Source of the DNA: Eledone cirrhosa
Taxonomy: Eukaryota
Direction: 5' to 3'
DNA length: 64,000 nucleotides
NCBI GenBank assembly: GCA_964016885.1
Contig: OZ024740.1
Span: 368,714,001-368,778,000, forward strand
Below the pieces are notes generated by a model, which saw only the letters and a list, made by a program, of their open reading frames with translations, searched no databases and had not been told where the DNA came from. Position 1 is the first letter of the stretch. The number at the start of each line of letters is the position of its first letter. Both the position numbers and the translations under genes were made by a program. Below are positions 14,401 to 28,976 of this stretch, in pieces.

Positions 14401-14626
14401 TTCTATGTCAGATCGGAGAAGGTTTATCTGGCGATTGATGTTCTCTTGCCAAGTAGATTTCTTGTGGGAATTCCTTTGTATTTTCATCTTCACTCCACAC
14501 AAGTGAGTGGTGACTTTAGCCGATGCATAATAGAGATGATTTAAATCAGTAATGTTTAGTTTGTTTGTGATGAGAAGTTTCTTTGGTTGTTTTTGAACAT
14601 ATTATTGTCCGTGTAGAATCTAGATC
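11460..14626 (-). mobile_element. 5'-truncated R4/Dong-like RLE retrotransposon, family A copy 2
   Basis: ORF pieces 13780-14502, 13219-13764 (RT, FYMDDLKLF), 12746-13153, 12302-12733, 11957-12151 (RHD..H) and 11634-11993 (RPD..D..K RLE). There is a 72-bp internal tandem duplication at about 13040-13190 and an (AAT)n tail at 11460-11489. Confidence 0.95.
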
Positions 14627-14627
14627 T

Positions 14628-15028
14628 TATTATTATTATTATTATTATTATTATTGTTCTTTGAGTCTCAGTCATTGATGTTAGTTAACTGGAAAGTTTG
14701 TTGAAATGAATATCAAGCCACTACCTGCAGCCTCAGATATTCAGGACGTATCGGAGGGTTCTTGCTGTTCCCAGCAAGCATGCCTTTTGAAGTGTTCCAA
14801 AAAGCGGGGCGGGCCCAATTTTCTTTAACCATCCCTGGAAAATTTTTGAGATAGTACCTAGTGCGCCTATGACAATCGGGACCACTTTGACTTCATGACA
14901 GTTCCAAATCCTTTTTACCTCCCACTATAAGTCATGCTATCGTGTCGAATGGGCAGGCCACATCCACAATCAGGCACAATCTTTTTTCCTTGTCCAAAAC
15001 CACCACGTCAGGTCTATTGTGTTCCAGT
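14628..15028 (-). mobile_element. 3' fragment of R4/Dong-like family B
   Basis: Homologous to 15065-15470 (LEHNRPD.. through the 3' UTR) with an internal deletion; (AAT)n tail at 14628-14655. Confidence 0.88.
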
Positions 15029-15029
15029 T

Positions 15030-18000
15030 TATTATTATTATTTTTATTATTATTATTGTTGTTATTCCTTGAATCTCAGTCATTGATGTTGGTTAACTGG
15101 AAAGTCCGTTGGAATGAATATCAAGCCACTACCTGCAGCCTCAGATATTCAGGACGTATCGGAGGGTTCTTGCTGTTCCCAGCAAGCAAGCCTTTTGAAG
15201 CGTTCCAAAAAGCGTGAAGGGGCCGATTTTCTTAAACCATCCCTGGAAACTTTGGAGGTAGTCCCCAGTGCGCCTATGACAATCGGGATCACTTTGACAT
15301 CATGGCAGTTCCAAATCCTTTTCACCTCCCACTTTAGGTCCTGGTATCGGTTAATTTTCTCCCTCTCCTTCTCTTGCACTCTCGTGTCGAAAGGGCAGGC
15401 CACATCCACAATCAGACACGATCTTTTTTCTTTGTCCACAACCACCAGGTCAGGTCTATTGTGTTCCAGTTTTTTGTCCGTCTGTATCCTAAAATCCCAC
15501 AGCACCTTCACCTGATTGTTCTCCATCACCGCCTCTGGCCTATGCTCATACCATTTCTCAGAATGTGGTAAATTGTTTACTTTGCACAGGTGCCAGTGGA
15601 TCACCCTGCCCATTACATCGTGTCTCCAGCCCTTATAGTGGGTCTGGGCTAGGTGTTTACACTCGGACACAATGTGGGCCACAGTCTCCTCTCTCTCTCC
15701 ACAGATCCTGCACAGTGGGCTAGCCTCCTCCTTGTAAATATGGTGCTTCAACCACTTCGTTTTGAGGGCCTGCTCCTGCGCAGCCATTAGCATTCCTTCT
15801 GTAGCCTTTTTGAGGTCTCCTCTTCTCAACCAGTTCCATGTCTGTGGATCTCTAAATTCAGTTTTCTCAAAGAAGGTACTATGAAGGGATTTTCCCTTAA
15901 GGCTGCTCTTACTCCTTGATGTTATTTCCTCCTTGGACATCCCCTGGCCTACTGTCCCCTCCTTCAGTACAGTTCTGAGCATTGGCTCCTTACTATAGGT
16001 CACGTATTTGTATAGGTTGTTTTTCTCCATCTGAACACAGTCCTCTATGCTGATAAGACCTCTTCCACCCTCAGATCTCCTTAGGTAGAGTCTATCGACA
16101 TCACTCCTCTTGTGGAACATGTTGTAGATAGTCAATAGCTTCCTAGTCTTCCTATCCATTTCTTTTTGTTCAGCAACATTCCATCTCAGAATTCCCGCAC
16201 TGTACCTAATAATAGACACAGCTCGGGAATTTACTGCGCTTATGGCATTTCTGCTGTTCAGATGTGACTTCAATACGCTCCTTATTCTCCGAATGTATTC
16301 AGTTCTTAACAATTCCTTCATTTTTTTGTTCTGTATGCCATCAGCCTCCAGAACGCCCAAATACTTGTATCCTTCCTCAGAGTCAATTTCCTTTATCATC
16401 TCACCTGTTGGTATCTGGATCCCGTTACTTCTGCTCAACCTACCCCTCTTCATCACAATCACTCCACATTTACTAATACCAAACTGCATACATATATCAC
16501 TGCTGAAAATACGGACAGTTTCAACAAGCACATCCAACTCCTTCTCACTTTTCCCGAAGAGCTTAAGATCGTCCATGAAGAGGAGGTGATTGATGGTAAG
16601 CTCTCCCTTTCCCAACTTGTATCCTGCTCTCACTTTTCGCAGCATAATGGTCAAGGGCATCAGGGCAAGGACAAACAACAGAGGGGACAGGCTATCTCCC
16701 TGGAAGATACCTCTCTTGATCTTCACGCTTCCCAAGGATACTCCAGTTGATGTCAACTCTGTCTCCCAGGACCCCATACTCCTGCCCAGCAACTGTCTGA
16801 TGTTATCTGCCACCCTGAAGATCTCCAGGCTTTTGGTGATCCAAGAATGAGGCACCATGTCAAATGCCTTTCTGTAGTCTATCCATCCCATGGCAAGATC
16901 AGTGTGACTCCTCCTGCAATTCCCCATTACCATCTTATCAATAAGTAACTGGTCCTTTGTACCACGTGACTTCTTTCGGCATCCTTTCTGTTCGTCCGGT
17001 AACAAGTTGTTTGTGTGGAGGTGATGGTAGATTTCCTCAAACACAATGCTCGTCAACAGTTTCCACATTACGGACAGACATGTGATAGGTCTATAGTTGG
17101 TAACATCATTACCCTTGATTCGGTCTTTCATTATCAGAACTGTGGTACCTTTTGTTAACCCTCTGGCACCTCACCCGACACCAAGCACTCATTGAACATG
17201 GCCGTCAGCTTCGGGTGGAGGGATGTTAAATTTTTAATCCAATACCCCTGCACACCATCTGGGCCTGGTGATTTCCAGTTGGTTAGTTTTTTGGCCTGCC
17301 CCTTAAGAGTTTCAACTGTGATACTCAAATCAGTTTGTTGGCGTGCCTGCTCACCGATCTCCCTCTGTACTGTCTCAATCCACCCTGCCTGGACATTATG
17401 TCTAACATCCTGCTCCCATATTCCTTTCCAGAATGTATTAGTTTGCTCCGCCCCAGGGATCAAGTCGTTGACTCTTTCTTTCCCCTCAAGCTGTCCAAAC
17501 AGCATCTTCTGGTTGTTGTCGAACATGCGGTTCTGTTTATACTGACTGACTCTGTTCTCGTATCGCCTGATTTTTGCACTCTTTGCTACAATGCGTTGCT
17601 TCAGTTCCTCTATGATAATATTTAGCTTTTTCCTCCTAGTTTTGTACTTTATTTCCAGTCTATTTTTAGTGCCTATGTTTTTTAGTGTCCCATTCAGTAG
17701 TGACTCAAGCTTTCCTATGTCATTTCTCATTTCCCCGATTTGACCACTCAGTCGTTTCTTCCACCACGGCTCTGCTCTTTCTTGTCTGTTGTTTCCTCTC
17801 GCTTTTATACCAAGTAGTTTCCTCACCGTATTTGCTGTTGCTTTGAGGATATTGTTGCACTGGTGAAGGCTCCTAGCCTCAAGGTATGGGATGACTTTGT
17901 TTACCTTAGCTGTTGTTTCTTTTAACTTTTTCCTGTCTACAAATCTCAGGTTCATAGGTCTCCCACTATCATTGTTCAATTCATCTACCACTAAATTTAG

Positions 18001-18660
18001 GATGTCAACCGAATCTTGTCCTAGCCCGTCAGCATTCATCTCCTCAGTGGCCGTATCTCTGTTCCAGGTATTATTTATCTCAGTATTCAGATCATTGGCT
18101 GCTTCGGGTGGTTCCTCCGTTCTCAGGACCTCTTCACCTTCATTTCCCACTGGCTCGCTTGTCTGGCATACTACACCCGCCATCTCCAAGCCATTCTCTC
18201 TGCTCAGTTCCTCCAGTTCCAGCTCGCTTATCCACCCATTAGTTCTTATTACCCGAGCCTGCCCGGCCAATTTTTGTTCATCCAATTTAAATAGACCAAT
18301 CTCGTTCCAGATGTTATGCATCCGTCTCCTGTAGCCCCTCTCCTTGGGGTTACTTTTCAGGTAACATTGCATAACAGTTCTATTCAATACTTTCGTCCAG
18401 ATGGTTCTGGCCCCTTTCCGTCTTCTTCTTCCTCAAACATCAGCAGTATTTGGTTGACAGTCAGGTTCCTGCTGCTGAGCCAGGGGGCACATGTTGGGTG
18501 AGAGACTGTCACATGACGTTCTACTCTCCATTTCACCGTTATTCGAACTGTTTATGTTCGATATTTAAACACTCCTATCGAGTATTGGCGAATGTATGGT
18601 TACATAGCCATCTGTGGATTCGCCGTTCCACTTGGCTCTTGTGTAGCATTATCACCACGC
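15030..18660 (-). mobile_element. Near full-length R4/Dong-like RLE retrotransposon, family B copy 1
   Basis: ORFs 17155-18387 (N-terminal part, PWWKKRL, KSPGPDGV) and 15149-17131 ([35 protein letters not shown]...C zinc knuckle, RHD, RPD..D RLE), separated by a frameshift. The 5' boundary is approximate. Confidence 0.95.
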
Positions 18661-19588
18661 TGTATACGAACACACATAAACAAACAAACACACAGGCAGA
18701 AAGGGCCCCAAAAATGAATAAGCATAAGTTTCATTGTAATGTAGTGTTCGAATGTCTGACTTAGTTTTTGTTTTTTTTGTTTTAGTTTTTCCCCCCTCTT
18801 CTCTGTCCGTCCGCCTGTTTCTCTCTTCATTCTTATTTTCTTTACGTTTTTTGTTTTTGTTTTTCTCTGTTTGTTTTTCTCGTTTTTTGCTGTTGTTGCT
18901 GTGCTGCTTTGGTTTTGTTGTTTGTTTTTTTCTTTTTTCTTTTGAGTCTATCTATATATTTATTTTGATGCCTTCCTCTTTTTTTGTAGTAGGAATTCTA
19001 TAATGTGGTGGCAGCAGCCAGCTGGTGAAGTGGAGGACTGGTGGCGGTAGCGATACTGAGACAGTGGTGGTGGTGATGTCGATACCGAGGCAGTGGTGGT
19101 GGCGATGTTATCGTATTACTGTGGTGATGGTGTTGTAGCGGTGGTAGCAGTGAAGGAGTGAAGGAGTGGTGATGGGATAGTGGTGGTAATGATGGCAGTA
19201 GTGAGCGGTGGTGGTGAAATTGCCGTTATCTGGCTGTTGTGTTTAGTGTACACAGGTGATGAGGTGGGTGGTGTATCTAGTTTCTGGTGTTGGTGAGTTT
19301 GGCTGTTCTATACAGTGTAGACAGAGGAGAGGAGGGGGGGGGGGGTCTTCTTCCATTTATAGCCATTTTCTTTTTTGGATATACAGTGTACAATACAATG
19401 TTGAATATTTGAATATTTGAGCCTTATAACAATATATTTTGGGTCCGAATTTTTTGGGGCTCAAGCCGGGTGCTTTACGTAGCATTTGTACTAAGAGTTG
19501 TTATTTCACAAATGATTTAAATATGTTAAAAATTCAAAACTTACGGGAGCGATTTCATGACCTCCGCCACCTCGTGCGTCTTCTTCCC

Positions 19589-19752
<164 letters not shown>

Positions 19753-20744
19753 AAGTTATGTAAAGTGCCAAACGCGGAGTCAAGCAGTTTCGGCTTTTGT
19801 GTTCAGAATCCTTTTCCAAGTGTGTAGTAACATCTGTAGGGTATGATCTTGGTACTGTTTTTTGGCTGAGTTTATCAATGTAGTGAAACTGGTCAATTGG
19901 AGAAGTGGGTGGCAGCATACAGTGGGCATGAAAAAATATGTATATATATATATATATATATTAGTGTGTATATATAGATGAGTGTGTATGTGTATAAATG
20001 TGTCAATATGCATCTGATTATAGACGCTTGTATTTACAATCGAAGAAAGTAAATATCAATACATGAAATACACTCCTCTATTTCACTATTATCAGAATAT
20101 GCTGTAATCGCTACCTACGGAAATCTGTTTATATTATCTTCTTTATGGTAACAATTTGTTAAAACATGTGTCTTTCATAAACAGTCAGGGAAGACCGTTA
20201 AGAGACAATGGATGATATAAATAATATTGTGTACTGAATCAAAACGTAAATGCACATATCATTATACATTTTCGTTGTTGCCATTGGTGTTGTTGTTGTC
20301 TATCCCAATATATGACTATCAGAGGAATATTGCGTTAAAATTTAAAGAATCATATACAAAATATGTATAATCTTGAATTAATTACACAAAATATTATATA
20401 GATTATTTAATATTTCATTACTTTAAAAGTCAATATCTCTTTATTGTGTAGAACCTATCAGAAATGGAGTTATGTTTGATAGTTCTACCATTTACTTTGT
20501 CTTATTGCTTATGACGTTCTGGAACACGTGCGTATATATTTAGCATCCTTTTCTATCTAAAATTACGTTGCATACGTTAGAGACGCCTTAGTATGACTGC
20601 TCGCAATAAACTGCATAATTGGTTGGCTATTCCTCAATGCAAATATGTTTTTTTCTTTTTTTTTTAAAGGGTTGATAGTAAATTTACTGTTGTATTGGAT
20701 GGTGTATTATTAGGACAATGGGGTTGATGAGTTAATATCTGTAT

Positions 20745-21185
20745 ACAACAACTACAACGGTACGTGCTGGGGCCCACCCACAGCCCCGGCGGACAGAATG
20801 GAGAAGGCGTTTCCGCGGAGGACGTCAAGGGAGACGCGCTGGAAAAGCCACTCCGACTCGCGGGGCTTAAGCCTTCGGCTGGCCCGCTCAGCGCCTAAGG
20901 TGGTGAGTAAGGAGGTAGCCCTGGGGCCGAGGAAACTAGAAGTGTGCACTGCCAGGGGTACGACCGCAAACCTGTCGGAGAGCGACCGGCATTTGAGGAG
21001 TTTAGCCACCTCAGCCCGACGTGCAGCAGAACCTGAGTCAGTCGCAGACTGCACCAGGTTGCGTCTGCAGAAAGTGTCGATGCCAGTGGCATCCCAGACG
21101 TGGGGTTTACCACCGCGGAACGGGAAGATGGTCATGCCATCTGGCCTTTTGCAGTCCCCTCGATCCAACCCCATCGGCTCGAGCT
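20745..21185 (-). mobile_element. 3' fragment of a GC-rich CRE-like RLE non-LTR retrotransposon
   Basis: EPMGLDRGDCKRPDGMTIFPF..GK..VWDAT..DT..AE..K..PLAV.T...GP..LFQRVS..V.RGNA, ending in a GTTGTAGTTGTTGT tail. Confidence 0.85.
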
Positions 21186-21211
21186 ATAGTTTAAATTGCA
21201 TTATTTCAAGT

Positions 21212-21377
21212 TAGAGGGTCGGACGCCATGCTTTCCAGCATAGTTACGTCCCTTTCCGATCTGAGTTCAAATCCCGCCGAGGTTGACTTTGCCTTTCATC
21301 CTTACGGGGTCGATAAAATAAAGTACCATTAATGCACTGGGTAATTGCTGGCCTTGTGCCTAAAGTAGAAACAATTA
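21212..21377 (+). mobile_element. tRNA-derived SINE (5'-clipped)
   Basis: B-box and core identical in family to 5872-6060. Confidence 0.88.
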
Positions 21378-23715
21378 TTTCAAGTTTCATGAAAATATTC
21401 TTTCATTTACAGTTTTCTACTGTTTTCTCTCAGCATTGGGCCTATACTTGTACATAGAATGTTCTTTGGCAAAGCGCCAGGTTAAATGATTTGTTTTGCT
21501 TCATTTAATATATGCAATTTACCTAACATCCATCTGTTTATTTCACAACTCTAATTTTGACCAAGGGAAAAAGAATTGCGGCAGCACAGAGCAATGACAT
21601 TTTAGGACAACAAAACAATACAAAATGAAAGAGTAAACATAATGATTTCCCCTAACAATTGTGTGAATAACAAATCCTATATATTTTTAGAATTTTCTAC
21701 TTTTTCAAGATTGTTTTATAATGGATATGGAGTAGTGGGTGAAGTAATCGAATCGTAGATAACAAATGCCATTTTTCCCCAAAGTATATATTAAACCTCC
21801 CATCTAATTTTTCGCATACAATTACATCCCACATGATTGTCCCATCTCACTGTCATACCTGCTGTAAAAATATTAACAACACACAAACATGCGGGCATAA
21901 ACAACACACAAACATGCAGGCACTTACCCACATATATAGCAAATATATTGCATCACGAATTTAGAAAATAATAATTGAAATAATGATTGAAAAATAATTC
22001 AAAGAAATTACGTTGCGAAATAATCAAATGCAAATTATATTTCTAATAACAATTGTAATTGTTTCTTAAATGTTAATATGAATGGAATGCTAAAGATAAA
22101 CTTATATTAAACATTTAATTGTAGTTATTAAAAATAGTGTATTGCTTCATAAGAAAACATAACTTTATTGATTTGATTAATTTGATTTGTATCGTGACAC
22201 AAGTATTGAAACTAAGATGTTATTAAATAGTACAAGACTAGCAATATTGACGAATGAAAATGACCACATGTTTTAAACAAGATTTAAATTATAACACCTT
22301 TAGATAAAATAATATAATGCCCAAAGTATAATGAAGAACTCGATTATATTTATGATGAACAAATATTATTTATGAAAATTATAGTGTAACATTACCATCT
22401 AAGTTTTGCATTTTGTAGATCGTTCGTAATTGTAAAAAATGCATCCAAACTATATTACTTTATTCTAAATGATCAATGATTGTTTACATCATTTTAGCAT
22501 GATCAACAACATCAAATATCATTACATATGACTAGAATATTATGTTATACATTAAACTATTGTTTAATGTAAATGTTTTTATTATTTATATGTCCTTGTA
22601 TGATTTTATGTTGTATATTTGTAAACGCAAACATTATATTTAAACGATAAATGCGTAGACAATTTCGTATACGTTTAACGTCGACATTCGGATTTAAATA
22701 TTATCACTCTTATATACATTATGCGCAATTGATTGTCGGATTATATATAGTGGCTTATTTCCTCTCACATTACACTGTTAAATATAACTGATAAATATAA
22801 ATATCGTAACAAAATTACTGTAAAATTCTCTTCGAAATCGTAATATATCTGAGAAAATATTTAGGATATTAAAAGTAAAAAAGCCAGAAACTATATCATA
22901 AGTTATGGGGATCTACAAAACGCTCACTTTTGCTCCAAATTGAGGTCACGGAAAATACTTTTAATGTTTGGAATACTTTGTTTATATTTGGAGATTGTTT
23001 TTAAAGTTGTCTGTACATTTCATGTATTCTAAACGAAGTAAAAATCATCTGAATTGTAGCTTGTCTCAGATACTGAATACAACTTCGAATCAAATTGAAT
23101 AGTACAAGCTTGAACAATTTATTGCTTTCACTTTTCATTATACTATGATTATCATCAAGAACAGTTCAGTGTGTTTCAAAATAGACAATGTTTATTGACA
23201 ACCTATTCGCTAGTGATGTTAATATCATGTTTTAGTAATGCTGACATGTCTAACATTAAGGTAGAAGTTAAATGTTTTAATCATATATAGAATCAGAAGT
23301 GTGTCATTAAAATAAATACTTCGCTACAGAAAACTATCTGGCTAAGTACCTATTTAAACACGTCTGTGTAGGCATTCTGCACTTTACGTTGCAATCTACG
23401 TTACTAAATATTCCAACTGAATATTCTATCAAAGAAATGAAAAGTCTTATTTTTCCTCAGCGTTAAAAACCACATTATACCTAATGTGTCATTTGACATA
23501 AATGAATACTAAAACATAGGGCAACAGTAATATCTTTCCTAACACTAATACAAAACTAATTAATCTTATTTACTTCAAACAGGCATTTAAAATGAATACA
23601 AATACATACATGCACACATACAGATACAAACACACGCGTACACACACACACACACACACACACTAACACACACACACACACGCACACGCACACATATACA
23701 CACACACACACACAG

Positions 23716-23846
<131 letters not shown>

Positions 23847-24106
23847 TATCATTGATTGAATTCAGGCAACTGATAGAAGGTCGCGCATGGAGAAGAGCAG
23901 AGCGCAACTGAGTCAAATGCGGCAATAGAAAACAATGGTAATTACAAAGGCATAGTGATGAGAATTAAAGTAAAATACTCTAGCTCTGTATGGTACATGG
24001 AGTGTTCGATTTCGTTTATCTGTTCTATCGAATAAATCAACCTATATATATTTATGCATGCATACACACATACAAAAATGCATACATGCACACACACACA
24101 CACACA

Positions 24107-24192
<86 letters not shown>

Positions 24193-24303
24193 GGAAGCCC
24201 TCCATCTCAATACTACTTTTAAGAAGCATAAGAGCTGTGAAACCGGTAAAGGAAACAAATAAATATTCTTAAAATTACTCCAGTTGCATTTTCGATTTCT
24301 TTT

Positions 24304-24385
<82 letters not shown>

Positions 24386-24403
24386 ATGTGTGTGCGTGTG
24401 TGA

Positions 24404-24472
<69 letters not shown>

Positions 24473-24902
24473 TGCGTGTCTGTGTGTGTATCGACAGATA
24501 TAGAGAGAAATTTATTATTTCCTTTAGCCATGAATATCAAAGGGAAATTATTATATATTTAATACACTTGAGTAAATTATATCCTCTCACTTTGTATATC
24601 ACGCACCAGTGGCGGGTGCGGAATTAACAAAGAAGGGACAGGACAACGAACGGAAATAAATCTAAACGAAAAACAATATTTTAAGGTGAAAACCATAAAA
24701 CATAATTTTTAAAAAATAAATATAAAAGACGAAGGACACAGAACTCCACTGTCATCGGCAATTGAGATGGACTTGGCTGTTCCGATCCCTACCAACGGTA
24801 CTATGTACATGTATATATGTATATGTGTACACACACACGCACACATATAAATATATCTATCTATATGTGTGTGTGTCTGTTTGTGTGGTGTGTCTGTATC
24901 TG

Positions 24903-24970
<68 letters not shown>

Positions 24971-25618
24971 TACCACTCACTCTCTCTCTCACTTCCTCCA
25001 GTTTTACCTGTGTGAAATCCTTTTCTCGCTCACATCACACCCATGTCGGATGGTCTGTATCTCTCGTCCATGAATTCACCAAGCTTAAGCTTATAGATAT
25101 CATGTACTTGTCTCTTCCTATCTTTCCGTTGCAATATCATCTTTGTTTGTTTACATGTCTCGTTCGCTTCACTAACTTTATTTAGTTATTGCTCGCACCA
25201 ACCAGAAGTATATGATTTTTAAAGCGATGAAATACCAATGAAGGTTGGAAGATCACTGATGAAGGACGGGCAGACTAATTTGCATAGAACGTGAGTCATT
25301 GTACGCACCGGTTCAGGGGAAACGATAAAAACAAATAACGAAACGAAATTAAATTTCGTTTCGCTTCTAACTCACTTTTGTATGACTGACGCTTAAACAA
25401 TTAAGTTAAAGTGTACATCTACATATGTATACGGAAGTACTAGTATGAGTATAAATACACACATGTATACATATGTACATGTACCGAGTTTTTCACTAAA
25501 CACTTTACAGTGAGTGTCCAGCTAGTCTGTATGTAAACAAACAGACGAACCGGGTTTTAAAGTCATACGAGTTTTCAAGGAAACACACTTCCTCCACTCT
25601 CCAGAGAGCCAGACAGGA

Positions 25619-25661
25619 ATATTGGAATAGTTTCGATGTTATTACATCTCATCAGCAATAT
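25619..25661 (-). ncRNA. Minimal type-I hammerhead ribozyme (loop III mutated to CTAT)
   Basis: ATATTG CTGATGA GATG TAATAA CATC GAAA CTAT TC CAATAT on the minus strand. Confidence 0.75.
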
Positions 25662-26088
25662 ATACCCATCTTCCGGCTTCTCTGGAGAATCGTAAAAGCA
25701 CATATCGTTATATGCCTTTTCTATGAAAATCAGTAGTGGGCAGACTACTTTGCATAGAACGTGAGTCATTGTACGCACCGGTTCAGCGGAAACGATAAAA
25801 TCAAATAACGAAACGAAATTAAATTTCGTTTCGCTTCTAACTCACTTTTGTATGACTGACGCTTAAACAATTAAGTTAAAGTGTACATCTACATATGTAT
25901 ACGGAAGTACTAGTATGCATATAAATACACACATGTATACATATGTACATGTACCGAGTTTTTCACTAGACACTTTACAGTGAGTGTCCAGCTAGTCTGT
26001 ATGTAAACAAACAGACGAACCGGGTTTTAAAGTCATACGAGTTTTCAAGGAAACACACTTCCTCCACTCTCCAGAGAGCCAGGCAGGA

Positions 26089-26131
26089 ATATTGGACTAG
26101 TTTCGATGTTATTACATCTCATCAGCAATAT
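26089..26131 (-). ncRNA. Minimal type-I hammerhead ribozyme
   Basis: ATATTG CTGATGA GATG TAATAA CATC GAAA CTAG TC CAATAT: canonical core, 6-bp stem I, 4-bp stem II, palindromic CTAG in stem III, GUC cleavage triplet. Confidence 0.88.
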
Positions 26132-27399
26132 ATACCCATCTTCCGGCTTCCCTGGAGAATCGTAAAAGCACATATCGTTATATGCCTTTTCTATGAAAAT
26201 CAGTAGTGGGCAAATTAGTCTGCAAATTAGTGTGTTTCCTTGAAAACTCGTATGACTTTAAAACCCGGTTCGTCTGTTTGTTTACATACAGACTAGCTGG
26301 ACACTCACTGTAAAGCGTCTAGTAAAAAACTCGGTACATGTACATATGTATACATGTTAAAACCCGGTTCGTCTGTTTGTTTACATACAGACTAGCTGGA
26401 CACTCATGTAAAGTGTCTAGTGAAAAACTCGGTACATGTACATATGTATACATGTGTGTATTTATATGCATACTAGTACTTCCGTATACATATGTAGATG
26501 TACACTTTAACTTAATTGTTTAAGCGTCAGTCATACAAAAGTGAGCTAGAAGCGAAACGAAATTTAATTTCGTTTCGTTATTTGTTTTTATATATATAAA
26601 GATTTACATATACAAACTAAACAAAGTCCCACATATATATATATGTGCTTTGGCAACCATTCACGATGTGACTCAATAAAGAATTAATAAATTAAATACT
26701 CAGAGCAATATACTGTAAAGTATGTCCATAGAATCATGATTCTATGGACATACTCTATAGTATATACATATATATATTTATATAATATATATATATATAT
26801 ATATACATAAAGTTTAATATTGAAATAATTTCTACCGGACTAGAACTGTTTCATTCAAAATAATTCGTAAGCCATCTGTCGCTGTAAAACAGTCATATTT
26901 ATATATGTTCTGGTAGTTGGACTGTGCTCATTGGCCAAATAATTTTAAAGAATAGAGAATCTGTGAAATATTTGTTTGGTTATGTACACAGGAATACAAG
27001 GAAGAAAATTGATGTAAAGATTCACATTCACACATCCGTACACACTCAGGCACACAAACACATCCTCTGAACTCCCACACCATTACACGTGTAGACTGTT
27101 TTCAAGCGGGTATCTATACAAATGCGATTTATGCATGACTGATTATTGTCAGGCTTTGACCAAAAATGATGTTATCATTGAGTTATTACCACCTGTCAAA
27201 TCAATTATTGGTGACAGTAGTTGTATTAACAACATTAGCGGTGATATTAGTAGCAGCAGTGGTAGTTGGGACCAATGTGGCAGTGGTGTTAACGATGAGA
27301 GCAAACAAAATAGTATTTATAGTGGTACAGTAATGTTGATGTTGTTGCTGTAAACATTTATATATATATAATAGATGAGATGATGTCTTCCTGTTTCTT

Positions 27400-28976
27400 C
27401 TACAACTACAACGGTACGCGATGGGGCACACCCACATCCCCGGCGGACAGAATGGAGAAGGTGTTTACCCGGAGGACGGCAGGGTAGACACGCTGGAAAA
27501 GCCACTCCAACTCGCAGGGCTCACACCTGCGGCTGGCCAGCTCAGCGCCCATGGTGGTGAGTAAAAGGTAGACCTGGGGCCGAGGACACCAGAAGTCTCC
27601 ACTGCCAGGGGTACGACCGCAAATCTGACGTGCAGCAGAAACTGGGAAAGTCGAAGGCTGCACCAGGTTGCGGCTGCAGAAAGTGTCGGTGCAAGTGGCA
27701 TCCCAGACGAGGAGTTTGCCACCGAGGAACGGGAAGATGGTCATGTCATCTGGCCTTTTGCCATTCCCTCGATCCAGCCACACTGGCTCGAGCTGGGAAA
27801 GAACGCCTGCAGCGTCCAAGCCATGCTTAATGACCTCGTTGACGGCAGCATGGCGTGAAATGCGGCCAGCACTGTGGCGACAGAAAAGCGGGTGGAGGCC
27901 AAAAGATCCACGGTGGAACTGCATCGACATTGGTGTGGCTGGCAGATCCGGAGGCCGAATATCAGGAAAACGCCGATGCACAGGCTATGGTTGTCTAGCT
28001 GCGTGCCAGTGGAGAAGGGAGGCAGGGCATGGAGCGAGGCACCACTGTGGGGTTTGAGGGCTGCACGAAAACAAGCAAGGGGGTGCTGGTCAAGCTGGGG
28101 CATGAGCCTGTCTGAGGCCAGGCTGCACTGGATAACATCCCAAGTGAGTTGGGGAGACTTGACGTCAGGAGGGGGAGAAGGAAGAGAGGGAAGTCTACTA
28201 GGTTAAGTCCCAGCCGCTCCCACGTTCCACAGGCGGCCTCACGTTCTCTGAACACAGAGGGTTCTGTTATGTTTTGAAGAACCCTGCTGATGAGGACGCG
28301 GAAGTGATTACCGACGAAAGATACTCCGGCAAAGCTAGTGAGATCGGGGACCGGAGGCCAAGGCCGCCATACCTGACAGGTAAAGTGGCCTGTTGCCACC
28401 TTATGTCGTCAAACTTGACGTTGCATATTTCCTCGGCTACCGCGCAGATACAAGTATCGAGGTCGGCAAGGAGAGATGTATGGATGTAGCACGGAGCGCG
28501 GCATTGCGAAGCAGTTCCTCGGCAGAAAGAGAGTTGTGTAGCCGTCAATCAAGCCCAGTCGGCTCGTGAGAGTCTGCAGCTGTTGAAGTCTGGACCTGAT
28601 GGTGGAGCGGATGGCCGGCGGGTGGATCGGCGACGCGAGGATGAGAACATGCTCTTTGGGGGTTACCTGAACCTGGCGGAGAATGGACAGCATGTCTAAG
28701 ACGGAGGCTGCAAAGCTCGCAGCATCGAGGCTGACATTCACCACCTCCGACTTGGCCGAGATGCCCTGGATGCCAATTCCCGCCAGGGCAGGAACCACTG
28801 ATTGAAGGTCATAGCAGACCGTCCGAACGATCCCGCCCAGCGAGCCCGCCCAACGGGTCGCCATGTTGGACCCCAGTAGTCGACGGTATGACCGCATCAT
28901 CAGCAAGGGGCATGCTCGGGGTTCCATAAGACAGGTAGGCCAGAGAGTAGGCAGAGAGGGCTCGGTTGAGGATGCC
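27400..28976 (-). mobile_element. Decayed CRE-like RLE non-LTR retrotransposon (3' half)
   Basis: KSEV..LILASPI, QATLPVRYGGLGLR, SGA.L.A.P..GTQLD, CRC..VD..G.HPL.C..GRISRH..VN, EP..LDRGNGKRPD..IFPF..GKLLVWDAT. Same family and tail as 20745-21185. Confidence 0.88.

Larger units (their letters stand above)
25268..26590 (-). mobile_element. 470-bp tandem dimer with one HHR per unit plus a terminal inverted partial copy (retrozyme/pLTR-like)
   Basis: Units start at 25268 and 25738 and are near identical. 26230-26590 is the reverse complement of part of the unit. There is no credible ORF. Confidence 0.85.

Noticed and set aside
24605-24800. hAT-like non-autonomous element (CAGTGGCG start)
   Set aside because: No matching opposite TIR or 8-bp target duplication could be identified.
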